In this document: piece by piece, positions 19,798 to 28,067 of the stretch | Layout: each line of letters begins with the position of its first letter | How positions within the stretch are numbered: position 1 is the first letter of the stretch | Sequence record: SRR31156797_2631 | Strand: one strand, 5' to 3' | DNA: 50,996 bases | Program-made: the position numbers and the translations under genes | Notes under the pieces: generated by a model | What the model was told of the DNA's origin: nothing | The model's input: the letters and a program-made list of their open reading frames with translations, nothing else | The model's database searches: none

Positions 19798-20949
19798 ATG
19801 AAACGGTTCTTAATGGCAATGTTAACCGTCGGGCTTGCATTTGGTCTGTCGGCAAACGGTGCTGATGCTGCTAAGCGTGAGAAATTCGGTATTGATGCAC
19901 GTCACAAGGAAGCAAAACGTGTTAATTTTAAGCCTTCACAAGAAAAGGTCCGATGGAAGATGGTCATGCCATGGTCCAAAGGGTTGCTTTTTTATGACAT
20001 CGCAGTTCACTTTGCTGACAGTGTTCGCCTTGCGTCAGCAGGAAGACTTGACATTAAACCGTTTTCAGCAGGCGAACTTGTTCCTGCCGGCCAGGTATTT
20101 GATGCGGTAAGTAAAGGTTCAGTGCAGATTGCTCATGCCTCACCGCTTTACTGGAAGGGTAAAAATGAGGCGTTTGTTGCCTTTGCTTCCGTACCTTTTG
20201 GCATGGACGCGGAAGCCTACAACATCTGGATGACCCAACGCGGCGGCCAGGAAATGCTCAATGAACTGTACAAACCTTATGGACTGATCGCATTTCCTGC
20301 AGGTCAAACCGGCCAGGAAATGGGGCTCTTTTCCAATAAACGCGCCACCAAAATGGAAGATTTCAAAGGGATGCGTATTCGTACCCCTGGCTGGTATATG
20401 GATATCATGAATAACCTTGGCGCCTCTGTAAGCCCATTGCCAGGCGGCGAAGTATACCTTGCGCTTGAACGAGGTGTTATTGATGCAGCAGAATACTCAA
20501 CCCCGGCAATCAATTACCCCATGGGTTTTGATGAGATCACCAAATATGCCATTCAGCCAGGTGCACATCAGACAGCTTTCCAATGCGACATTATTATAAA
20601 TCAGGAAGCATGGGAAAAACTGCCCAAGGATCTGCAGTGGATAGTAAAAATGGCTGCCGCCGAAACCCACGCTTGGGCTTATGACTGGATTAACTCTTTG
20701 AATGCAGATGCCATGAAAAAATTCAAAGAAAAAGTGGAAATCGTAAAGCTTGAGCCAGAAACCTTAATCGAATTCCGTAAAACTACTAAAACCTACCTTG
20801 ACGGTCTGAAAGCGAAACACGCAGATGTCAAAAAGGTGCTTGATTCCCAGGAAACGTTTCTCAGTGATTATGCAGAATGGCGTGAAGCACGAAGCGGTGT
20901 AACCCCATGGCCATATGAGACCTACATTTCAGGAAAAACCACAGAATAA
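19798..20949 (+). CDS. dctP: TRAP transporter substrate-binding protein (TakP/lactate-2-oxoacid type)
   Basis: AAGGAGG RBS then signal peptide MKRFLMAML...ADA; WKMVMPW, AGELVP, MRIRTPG (conserved Arg), LERGVIDAAE. Confidence 0.9.
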   Translation: MKRFLMAMLTVGLAFGLSANGADAAKREKFGIDARHKEAKRVNFKPSQEKVRWKMVMPWSKGLLFYDIAVHFADSVRLASAGRLDIKPFSAGELVPAGQVFDAVSKGSVQIAHASPLYWKGKNEAFVAFASVPFGMDAEAYNIWMTQRGGQEMLNELYKPYGLIAFPAGQTGQEMGLFSNKRATKMEDFKGMRIRTPGWYMDIMNNLGASVSPLPGGEVYLALERGVIDAAEYSTPAINYPMGFDEITKYAIQPGAHQTAFQCDIIINQEAWEKLPKDLQWIVKMAAAETHAWAYDWINSLNADAMKKFKEKVEIVKLEPETLIEFRKTTKTYLDGLKAKHADVKKVLDSQETFLSDYAEWREARSGVTPWPYETYISGKTTE

Positions 20950-20963
20950 CAATTCGCCCTACG

Positions 20964-20997
20964 CCACGGCCCTGTTCCTTAATGGACAGGGCCGTGG
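20964..20997 (+). other. Intergenic stem-loop after dctP (mRNA stabiliser or attenuator)
   Basis: CCACGGCCCTGT / ACAGGGCCGTGG 12-bp perfect stem without a U-tract. Confidence 0.65.
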
Positions 20998-21043
20998 TGC
21001 ACAACCACAAACTACACCCAGTCCAAAACATTGAGGTGCGTAT

Positions 21044-21565
21044 ATGTTTCAACGGTTATCACGATGGATCGACAAGTTCATTACCGTGCAGGGCGAGTGG
21101 ACATCACTGCTTATCCTTCCCCTCCTTCTTGTCGTTATTTATGAAGTGGCCATGCGGTATGGTTTCAACGCACCAACTGTTTGGGGTTTTGAGGCTACAA
21201 CATTTCTTTATGGTCTTCATTTTATGTTCGGCATCTCTTATACAGATGTCACTGGTGGACATGTCAAAGTCGACATTTTCACTCAACCTGCCCCTAAAAA
21301 AGTTCAAGCGTTTTTAGGCGCTTTAACCACTTTTGTTTTTTTCCTACCGGTAATGGCCTGCCTAACTTGGTATGCCATCGAATTTGCTTTTGCATCAGCT
21401 ATAGATCTTGAACGAAATCCAACCAGCTGGGCACCTCCGATCTATCCTTTAAAAATCATCATGGCATTATGCCTTCTATTTTTATTGTTGCAAGGTATCT
21501 CCAATCTCATCCGTGATCTCTCTATCCTTTTTGGCAAAAGAGATATTGACACCAAGGAGGCATAA
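21044..21565 (+). CDS. dctQ: TRAP small permease
   Basis: 4 TM; YEV.MRY.FNAPT.W, GHVKVDIF. Confidence 0.92.
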   Translation: MFQRLSRWIDKFITVQGEWTSLLILPLLLVVIYEVAMRYGFNAPTVWGFEATTFLYGLHFMFGISYTDVTGGHVKVDIFTQPAPKKVQAFLGALTTFVFFLPVMACLTWYAIEFAFASAIDLERNPTSWAPPIYPLKIIMALCLLFLLLQGISNLIRDLSILFGKRDIDTKEA

Positions 21566-22908
21566 TGAGCCCTGAATTTTTAACCGTTGCCATGTTTGCC
21601 ACTCTCATTGGCGCAATTGTACTTGGCCACCCACTCGCCTATACTCTGGCTGCAGTGGCCACCCTTTTTGGCCTTATTGATAATGGATTCGATATAGCCG
21701 GCCTGTTTCTCATGTTTGCCAACAATGCCTGGGGACTCATGAACAACTATGTACTGGTTGCGATTCCCCTCTTTATCTTGATGGCACAACTCCTGGACCG
21801 GTCTAAAGTATCGGAGTCCCTCTTTGAAGCACTTTACATTGTTCTAGGCTCTGTTAAAGGTGGACTGGGACTGGCTGTAGTCGTTGTCTGTACAGTTTTT
21901 GCAGCAACAACAGGAATCATTGGCGCGTCAGTCGTGGCCATGGGGTTGCTGGCAACGCCAGCGTTACTCAAAAAGGGTTACCAGAAAGACCTCACCGCCG
22001 GTATCATCTGTGCAGCCGGAACCCTTGGCATACTCATCCCACCAAGCATCATGATGGTTGTATACGGAGGGTTAACCGGACTAAAGGAAACCAGTGTGGG
22101 TAATCTTTTTGCCGGTGCTATTTTCCCAGGTCTGCTACTTGCCGGATTATACTTCCTCTATATCTTTGTTCTCTGTAACCTCAAACCGGAACTCGGGCCC
22201 CCTATCTCCAAAGAAGAAGCTAAGCAATGGTCAGCATCTCAAAAGTGGGGCATGACTCTCAAATCACTGATCCCCCCCCTGGCACTTATCCTGGCTGTAA
22301 TGGGTACAATCCTTGCCGGGGTAGCAACACCTACAGAAGCAGCGGGCCTTGGCGCACTTGGTGCCATGATTCTTGCGTTTCTCAATAAAAAACTCAACTG
22401 GACCGTCATAAGGGATTCAAGTCATGCCACCCTGAAAACAACAGCAATGGTAATGATGCTGTTTGTTGGCGGTAAATTCTTCAGCACTGTTTTTCTTTCT
22501 ATGGGAGGCGGGGATGTTGTAGCAGACTTGCTTATCGGCAGTGGGCTCAACAGGTGGACAGTGCTCCTCATAATGATGGCTATTGTCTTTCTCATGGGTA
22601 TGTTCATTGACTGGGCTGCAATTTTGCTTGTCACCGTGCCCATCTTCATGCCCATTGCCATGGAGCTTGAATTCAACCCGCTGTGGTTCTCTATTTTAAT
22701 GTGTGTTAATCTGCAAACCTCCTTTCTGACCCCACCGTTTGGGTATGCATTGTTTTACTTCAAAGGAGTTGCCCCTTCTGGATATTCCATGATGCACATC
22801 TACAAAGGCATCATGCCATTCGTGTTATTACAGATTGTTGGCCTTGTTCTCTTGTGCCTGTTCCCCACTATAGTTACGTATCTACCGGAACTCTTTTTCG
22901 GCAGCTAA
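21565..22908 (+). CDS. dctM: TRAP large permease
   Basis: LVAIPLFILM, AGTLGILIPPSIMM, TPTEAA, LTPPFG. Confidence 0.94.
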   Translation: MSPEFLTVAMFATLIGAIVLGHPLAYTLAAVATLFGLIDNGFDIAGLFLMFANNAWGLMNNYVLVAIPLFILMAQLLDRSKVSESLFEALYIVLGSVKGGLGLAVVVVCTVFAATTGIIGASVVAMGLLATPALLKKGYQKDLTAGIICAAGTLGILIPPSIMMVVYGGLTGLKETSVGNLFAGAIFPGLLLAGLYFLYIFVLCNLKPELGPPISKEEAKQWSASQKWGMTLKSLIPPLALILAVMGTILAGVATPTEAAGLGALGAMILAFLNKKLNWTVIRDSSHATLKTTAMVMMLFVGGKFFSTVFLSMGGGDVVADLLIGSGLNRWTVLLIMMAIVFLMGMFIDWAAILLVTVPIFMPIAMELEFNPLWFSILMCVNLQTSFLTPPFGYALFYFKGVAPSGYSMMHIYKGIMPFVLLQIVGLVLLCLFPTIVTYLPELFFGS

Positions 22909-22924
22909 ACCATCTTTTTAAACC

Positions 22925-22959
22925 AAACAAGGGAGATCACAAAATGATCTCCCTTGTTT
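22925..22959. terminator. Bidirectional terminator between dctM and the K+ channel gene
   Basis: AAACAAGGGAGATCA-caaaa-TGATCTCCCTTGTTT 15-bp perfect inverted repeat between convergent genes. Confidence 0.8.
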
Positions 22960-22998
22960 ATTCCTACTTTTAACCTGCCTACAACTTCTTGATAACGA

Positions 22999-24348
22999 TT
23001 ACCCTACCATTTGCCGCACTGTTTGAATTATTTCCTGAGCCTCCGAACTCTTCACAATAACATCATCTGCCCCAGCTTCAAGACATTGGCGACGTAGCGC
23101 TGGATCATTCTCTGCAGTAAACACCACTAGCTTTACCTGATCACCAAAGTGAATTCCACGAATTGTCCTACAGATATCAAGTCCGGAAATCCCAGGAAGC
23201 ATATAATCTATCACTGCGACACTTGGTCTTTCTTTTAAAATAAGTTCAAGTCCGTCCTCGCCATTTGCTGCCGAAAAAGGATGATATCCTTCTTTATGAA
23301 ACAACCTGCTGAACAGTCGTACGATTACCGGATTGTCATCAATAATAACAATTTTTTTCGGTGAGTCCCCTTTTACCAAAAGGGGCTTATCATTCTCCCC
23401 GTTTGGCACCACAAACAATTGGTCTCCCGGTTGAACCACAACATCTGCTTCAGGCTGCACTACATCTGAAGTATCGCTCCTCAGGCCTAGCACCTGGCAC
23501 TTAAGAAAAATTTCGGCTTCATGGATCGATTTCCCACTAATATATGAATCGCCCCCCACAGTAACCCACTCAGGGCTGTGTGTACTCTTTCTGATTTGCT
23601 GAACTACCCCGCCCTCAACTTTGCCGGTAGCCGTAAGCAAGTCACCTGCTATCTGCCGGCCTGCAGAATCAAAAGGTGAGATTATCGAATCAGCTCCGGC
23701 ACGTAGAATTTTCTTTTCTGTCTGCTTTTCCTCTGAACGGGCAATAATGTGCAAGGTAGGATTGAGTTCTCGTGCTGTAAGAACAATGAACAAATTAAGT
23801 GGATCTGAATCAACTAATGCGAGAAGGCCACTAGCGTTTTTTATACCAGCCTCAAGCAGTACAGACTCACGAGTTGCATCGCCTTCAACCGATAGAACCC
23901 CTTTACCATGACACCTTTCATGCGTGCCTGGAGCCGCATCAATCACAACAAAATGAGCACCTGCCTCTTCCAGGTGCTCAGAAGCCACCTCACCTACTCT
24001 ACCAAAACCACAAATGATATGGTGGTCCGTCAACAATGCAATCTGCTTCTTCATTCTCTTCTCCAAGACATTCCCACTCCACACCTTTTCCAAAAGCGAC
24101 TCTACAATCGAATGCCCCACAAAACCAAGGACAACAAAACCAAGCAATATAAGAACAACTGTAAACAAACGTCCCCAATCCGAAAGTGGGTATATCTCAC
24201 CAAACCCAACCGTAGTAATGGTGATCACCGACATATACAGGGCGTCAACAAGTGGGTATTTATCTATAAAGCTGAACCCAAGAGTGCCAATAATTATAGT
24301 GACAGTCAGCAGCAGCAGGGAAAGAGTTATTTTATTAAGAGAAAACAT
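22999..24348 (-). CDS. 2-TM potassium channel with RCK (TrkA-N/C) domains and a C-terminal response-regulator receiver domain
   Basis: Pore TITTVGFG; ICGFGRVG Rossmann motif; GDATRESVL; C-terminal IVIIDD...VIDYMLPGISG...VFTA...GADDVIVK. Confidence 0.88.
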   Translation of the reverse strand: MFSLNKITLSLLLLTVTIIIGTLGFSFIDKYPLVDALYMSVITITTVGFGEIYPLSDWGRLFTVVLILLGFVVLGFVGHSIVESLLEKVWSGNVLEKRMKKQIALLTDHHIICGFGRVGEVASEHLEEAGAHFVVIDAAPGTHERCHGKGVLSVEGDATRESVLLEAGIKNASGLLALVDSDPLNLFIVLTARELNPTLHIIARSEEKQTEKKILRAGADSIISPFDSAGRQIAGDLLTATGKVEGGVVQQIRKSTHSPEWVTVGGDSYISGKSIHEAEIFLKCQVLGLRSDTSDVVQPEADVVVQPGDQLFVVPNGENDKPLLVKGDSPKKIVIIDDNPVIVRLFSRLFHKEGYHPFSAANGEDGLELILKERPSVAVIDYMLPGISGLDICRTIRGIHFGDQVKLVVFTAENDPALRRQCLEAGADDVIVKSSEAQEIIQTVRQMVG

Positions 24349-24394
24349 GAAGATGCCCTATCAACAGCATTATTTGACACTCCCTAAAAGAAGA

Positions 24395-24442
24395 ACCGCT
24401 CCGGTAGGGCCGAGGAGTTTACAGGCGGAATGCGTACCCTAC
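24395..24442 (-). ncRNA. Candidate pseudoknotted cis-regulatory RNA in the K+ channel leader (possibly chrB-a/b-like)
   Basis: Minus strand GUAGGGUACGCAUUCCGCCUGUAAACUCCUCGGCCCUACCGGAGCGGU: P1 GUAGGGU/GCCCUAC, and loop CCGC and CUCC complementary to the 3' tail GGAGCGG. Family assignment from memory, unverified. Confidence 0.5.
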
Positions 24443-24460
24443 ATTATATTATGTATGATG

Positions 24461-24469
24461 ATTATAGCA
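24461..24469 (-). promoter_or_regulatory. Extended -10 promoter for the K+ channel leader
   Basis: TGCTATAAT on the minus strand ~20 nt upstream of the structured element. Confidence 0.5.
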
Positions 24470-24525
24470 TGGGCTGTGCGGAACTTGAAAAATAACGGAG
24501 ACACAGCGGCAAAACGACACCGTTC

Positions 24526-25554
24526 TTATTTGATTTTTTTTTGCCGATCTTTATCCGTTTTAAAATGATCAAATCCACCATAGGCAACTCTCTGCTCTCG
24601 GACATCGTTGTTCTTCTCACGAGTAACCAGAACAACACCCGATCCTTGACAGATGCGCCCCACCCTGTGCAGATCAAGGGAACAAGCTTGTCCTATCTGC
24701 TCCACGTCACCTGCAGCGTCAGGAGGAGCAGTAAACAGCAACTCGTAGTCTTCTCCACCATTTATCGCTAGCCTCTCAGGGGAAGAATCAAGAAAAACGG
24801 CAGCCCTAGCCAGAGGCGCAGACAATGGTAACCGGTCAGCATAAATTTCACCTTTCACTTTTGACCGCTTGCATAAGTGGGCAAGATCCGTTGCCAAGCC
24901 ATCGGATAGATCCATCATGGAACTGACAACACCGCGCCTGCCCAGTTCCAGCCCCAGTTGGGTTCGGGCCTCGGGGTTAAGGTGTGCATTGAGCAGCGGT
25001 TGAAAATCCTGCCCAACAATATCGATACCACGAGAAAAAATCTCAAGGCCAGCAGCAGCATGGCCTAACCAGCTGCTCACCCAAATGTCTTCACCGAGCG
25101 AGGCATTGCTTCTGTATAGTACATGATCTTTTTTCGTCTCTCCGATAACAGTCACTGTAAAACTATACCCTTCCGGACTGCATACAGTGTCTCCACCAAT
25201 CAGGATGCAGCCATAATCCCTGCATCCCCGAGCAATCCCCTGGGAAAATGCTGAAAACCACTCTTTGTCAAAGGATTGAGGCAAACCTGCTGAAAGCAGT
25301 ACAAACATCGGTTCACCACCCATTGCGGCAATGTCACTAACATTGACAGAAATCGATTTCCTCCCAAGCAACTCTGGCGGGTGCCACTCACGGTCAAAGT
25401 GAACCTTCTCTACAAGGGTATCCATGGTCAGCAGCCATACGGCATCACCATCTTTTTCGATCACAGCGCAGTCATCACCGATGCCCTGCACGACCCCTTC
25501 GCCCCTGTTTGGAGCCAAGTTAGTTATATATTGTATAATGTCTCGTTCGTTCAA
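24526..25554 (-). CDS. thiL: Thiamine-monophosphate kinase
   Basis: GIGDDCAV, NVSDIAAMGG, IGGDT, MDLSDGL..DL, GGEDYELLFT; TTGA overlap with the ptsI stop. Confidence 0.95.
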   Translation of the reverse strand: MNERDIIQYITNLAPNRGEGVVQGIGDDCAVIEKDGDAVWLLTMDTLVEKVHFDREWHPPELLGRKSISVNVSDIAAMGGEPMFVLLSAGLPQSFDKEWFSAFSQGIARGCRDYGCILIGGDTVCSPEGYSFTVTVIGETKKDHVLYRSNASLGEDIWVSSWLGHAAAGLEIFSRGIDIVGQDFQPLLNAHLNPEARTQLGLELGRRGVVSSMMDLSDGLATDLAHLCKRSKVKGEIYADRLPLSAPLARAAVFLDSSPERLAINGGEDYELLFTAPPDAAGDVEQIGQACSLDLHRVGRICQGSGVVLVTREKNNDVREQRVAYGGFDHFKTDKDRQKKIK

Positions 25555-27368
25555 TAGCAGTTACACTGATAAGGATAATAATTAGCTAAATAGGCCTTTA
25601 CAAAATTTTTCGTCTGCTGCCCGTCGACACAACGCAAGACGTCCTCTCCCAATTGCTGCAACTGTTCATAATGGAAATGCCGAAGTAGTCTTTTGATATG
25701 CGGTATGACAGCTGGCCGCATGGACAACTCATCAACCCCCAGTCCCAACAAAACCAATGCGCAGAGAACATCTCCAGCCATTTCCCCACAGACAGAAACA
25801 GGAATTCCCTGGGCATGCCCGGCATCAACCGTCTGTTTTATCATTCTCAAAACAGCCGGATGAAAGGGATCATACATATGGGCCACATGTTGGTTACTGC
25901 GATCAATTGCCAGGGAATACTGGATCAAGTCATTGGTGCCAATAGCGAGAAAGTCTACTTCCTTGGAAAATACATCTGCTAAAATGACGGCACTTGGCAC
26001 TTCCACCATCACTCCCAGTTCGACACCGGGCCCGTAAGCAACACCTTCCTTATCTAATCTGGAGGAGACCTTCCGTAAAATAGCCTTTGCTTGGTGCAAT
26101 TCGGGTAAAGAGGATACAAGAGGGAGTAAAATGCGTAACCGTCCATGAGCCGAAGCTTTCAATAGCGCACGCAACTGCATGGTAAACAGTTCAACTTCAT
26201 GCAAAGAAAAACGGATTGAACGCAAACCTAAAGCTGGGTTTCGCTCAGGATCAAGCTGGGAAGAATGGTCAGGTAGGTGATCTAAAAATTTATCCCCCCC
26301 TACGTCAAGCGTTCTCACCGTCACCGGGTGTGGCGACATGGTTTCGAGCAGTTGCCTATATGTTACCAACAGTTCATTTTCATCTGGTTGACGCTGCTGG
26401 TTAAAAAAATCGAATTCGCTGCGAAACAGTCCTATTCCTTCGCAACCATACCGGTGAACAGTTTGCAGTTCTTCGACCATTTCAATATTTGCACTCAGGC
26501 GAACACTATAACCGTCAAAAGTTTCCGAAGCGAGATGGACATATCGTGCCAGTTCATCAGCAAGCGCCCCGCTCTGCAAGGCCTTCTGTTTATACACCTG
26601 CACCTGTTCAGGATCAGGCTTGATTACCACCTGCCCTAAACCACCATCAAGAATAATAGTATCCCCGGTAGCTACGGAGCCGGTAACATGGGTCAGCCCG
26701 ATGACTGCAGGAATATTGAGTGAACGAGCAACTATAGCGGTATGAGAGGTAACGCCTCCTTTTTCGGACAGAAAGCCGAGTAGGTTTTCCGTATGCAGCT
26801 GCATTGTATCTTCAGGCGAAAAATCGTTTGCGACTACAATAACCGGCTCGTTTTCTTTAACAAGCTGATACGGCTCATGGCCGAAAAGAATGCTGAACAC
26901 TCTGTCGGCGACATGCTTGATATCGGCATACCTTTCCTTGATATAAGGATCTGCAATTTTATCAAACCGATTTTTAATGTGGTTTAACGACTGGGCCAGA
27001 GCCCACTCTGCATTGACATTTTTAGATTTGATGAACCGGATAGTTTGATCGTAAATCATCCGGTCCTTAAGCATCAAGATATGAGAATCAATGATGGAAA
27101 GTGCATCAGCTAAATCATCGGCAAAATTTTCTCTCAATTTTACCAACTCATTTTCAGCCTGTGTAACCGCCTGGTGAAACCTAGCTACTTCTTTCTGAAT
27201 ATAATCCGGCGGCAGGTGGTATCGACCCGCACGACAGGTGTGTCGTTTGATAACCACAACCCTACCGATAACGATTCCAGGAGAAACACCTATCCCCTGC
27301 AGCAAGTTGGGTGCACCATCTCTGGAGATTGCCGACGCAGCATTTTTCTTATCGCTTTTCATGCTCAT
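25551..27368 (-). CDS. ptsI: PEP-protein phosphotransferase (PTS enzyme I)
   Basis: GGVTSHTAI (phospho-His), GIGLFRSEF, RTLDVGGDK, GTNDLIQY, VCGEMAG. Confidence 0.95.
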   Translation of the reverse strand: MSMKSDKKNAASAISRDGAPNLLQGIGVSPGIVIGRVVVIKRHTCRAGRYHLPPDYIQKEVARFHQAVTQAENELVKLRENFADDLADALSIIDSHILMLKDRMIYDQTIRFIKSKNVNAEWALAQSLNHIKNRFDKIADPYIKERYADIKHVADRVFSILFGHEPYQLVKENEPVIVVANDFSPEDTMQLHTENLLGFLSEKGGVTSHTAIVARSLNIPAVIGLTHVTGSVATGDTIILDGGLGQVVIKPDPEQVQVYKQKALQSGALADELARYVHLASETFDGYSVRLSANIEMVEELQTVHRYGCEGIGLFRSEFDFFNQQRQPDENELLVTYRQLLETMSPHPVTVRTLDVGGDKFLDHLPDHSSQLDPERNPALGLRSIRFSLHEVELFTMQLRALLKASAHGRLRILLPLVSSLPELHQAKAILRKVSSRLDKEGVAYGPGVELGVMVEVPSAVILADVFSKEVDFLAIGTNDLIQYSLAIDRSNQHVAHMYDPFHPAVLRMIKQTVDAGHAQGIPVSVCGEMAGDVLCALVLLGLGVDELSMRPAVIPHIKRLLRHFHYEQLQQLGEDVLRCVDGQQTKNFVKAYLANYYPYQCNCY

Positions 27369-27634
27369 GGATCGTTTTCTGCCGTCAGCACAGCTCCTAT
27401 CTCAGCCAGAGCGGGTTTGGCCTGCTGTCCGGATAAGATCACCTGGACTTCACTTCCATGAACTAAGGCCATGGAAAGTACGTCGAGGATAGAGTCACAA
27501 TTGACTTGAATGCCATTGTGTGAAAGTAGCACATCCACTTCAAATTCAAGGGCAATTTCTGCCAACTTGGTGGCCACCCGTCCATGTACGCCCTTAGCGT
27601 TACCTATGATATATGAAGCTGTTACCTGGCTCAC
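27365..27634 (-). CDS. ptsH: HPr-family phosphocarrier
   Basis: N..GVHGRVA (His15 region) and SILDVLSM (Ser46 region); ATGA overlap with ptsI. Confidence 0.88.
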   Translation of the reverse strand: MSQVTASYIIGNAKGVHGRVATKLAEIALEFEVDVLLSHNGIQVNCDSILDVLSMALVHGSEVQVILSGQQAKPALAEIGAVLTAENDP

Positions 27635-28005
27635 TTTATTCTGCGGATTCCCTTTTTAATTTGACCAGGCACATTGACTTTTACCACTTCAGGCTGAGCG
27701 TCATGATCTTCCAGACTAAAATCAACTGCCTGAATAAAACGCCCCTCTCCCCCCATGGTAAAAATCTCTTGCCCCGTAAATTGTGGTGTACGAAGGGTCC
27801 AGGTAACCTCCTGCAAAGGAATACTTAAAAACTGCATGGTTACATGCCACCATTCATTTTTCCTGCTGTCATCGCGTTCTATTTTACTGACAACTGCATA
27901 CGTTAAAAGCTGCGGTTCTTTGGCAGCCACAATAACCACATCTCCGATAACCGTTGTCTGTTTAAAAGGGAGAATTTCTTTAAGATCAGCTACTAGTTTT
28001 TCCAT
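27631..28005 (-). CDS. Hypothetical protein
   Basis: 124-aa ORF with a GTGA overlap onto ptsH; no family recognised. Confidence 0.7.
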   Translation of the reverse strand: MEKLVADLKEILPFKQTTVIGDVVIVAAKEPQLLTYAVVSKIERDDSRKNEWWHVTMQFLSIPLQEVTWTLRTPQFTGQEIFTMGGEGRFIQAVDFSLEDHDAQPEVVKVNVPGQIKKGIRRIK

Positions 28006-28067
28006 AATAATACTATAGGCAACAGCAGGTACCTACAAGCACCTGCTTTTTATCGTTTTCAAATTCC

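Noticed and set aside
25551-25570. Sec read-through at the Cys-rich end of ptsI (QCNCY-TGA)
   Set aside because: The TGA overlaps the thiL start codon, EI is already full length, and no SECIS-like hairpin is evident.
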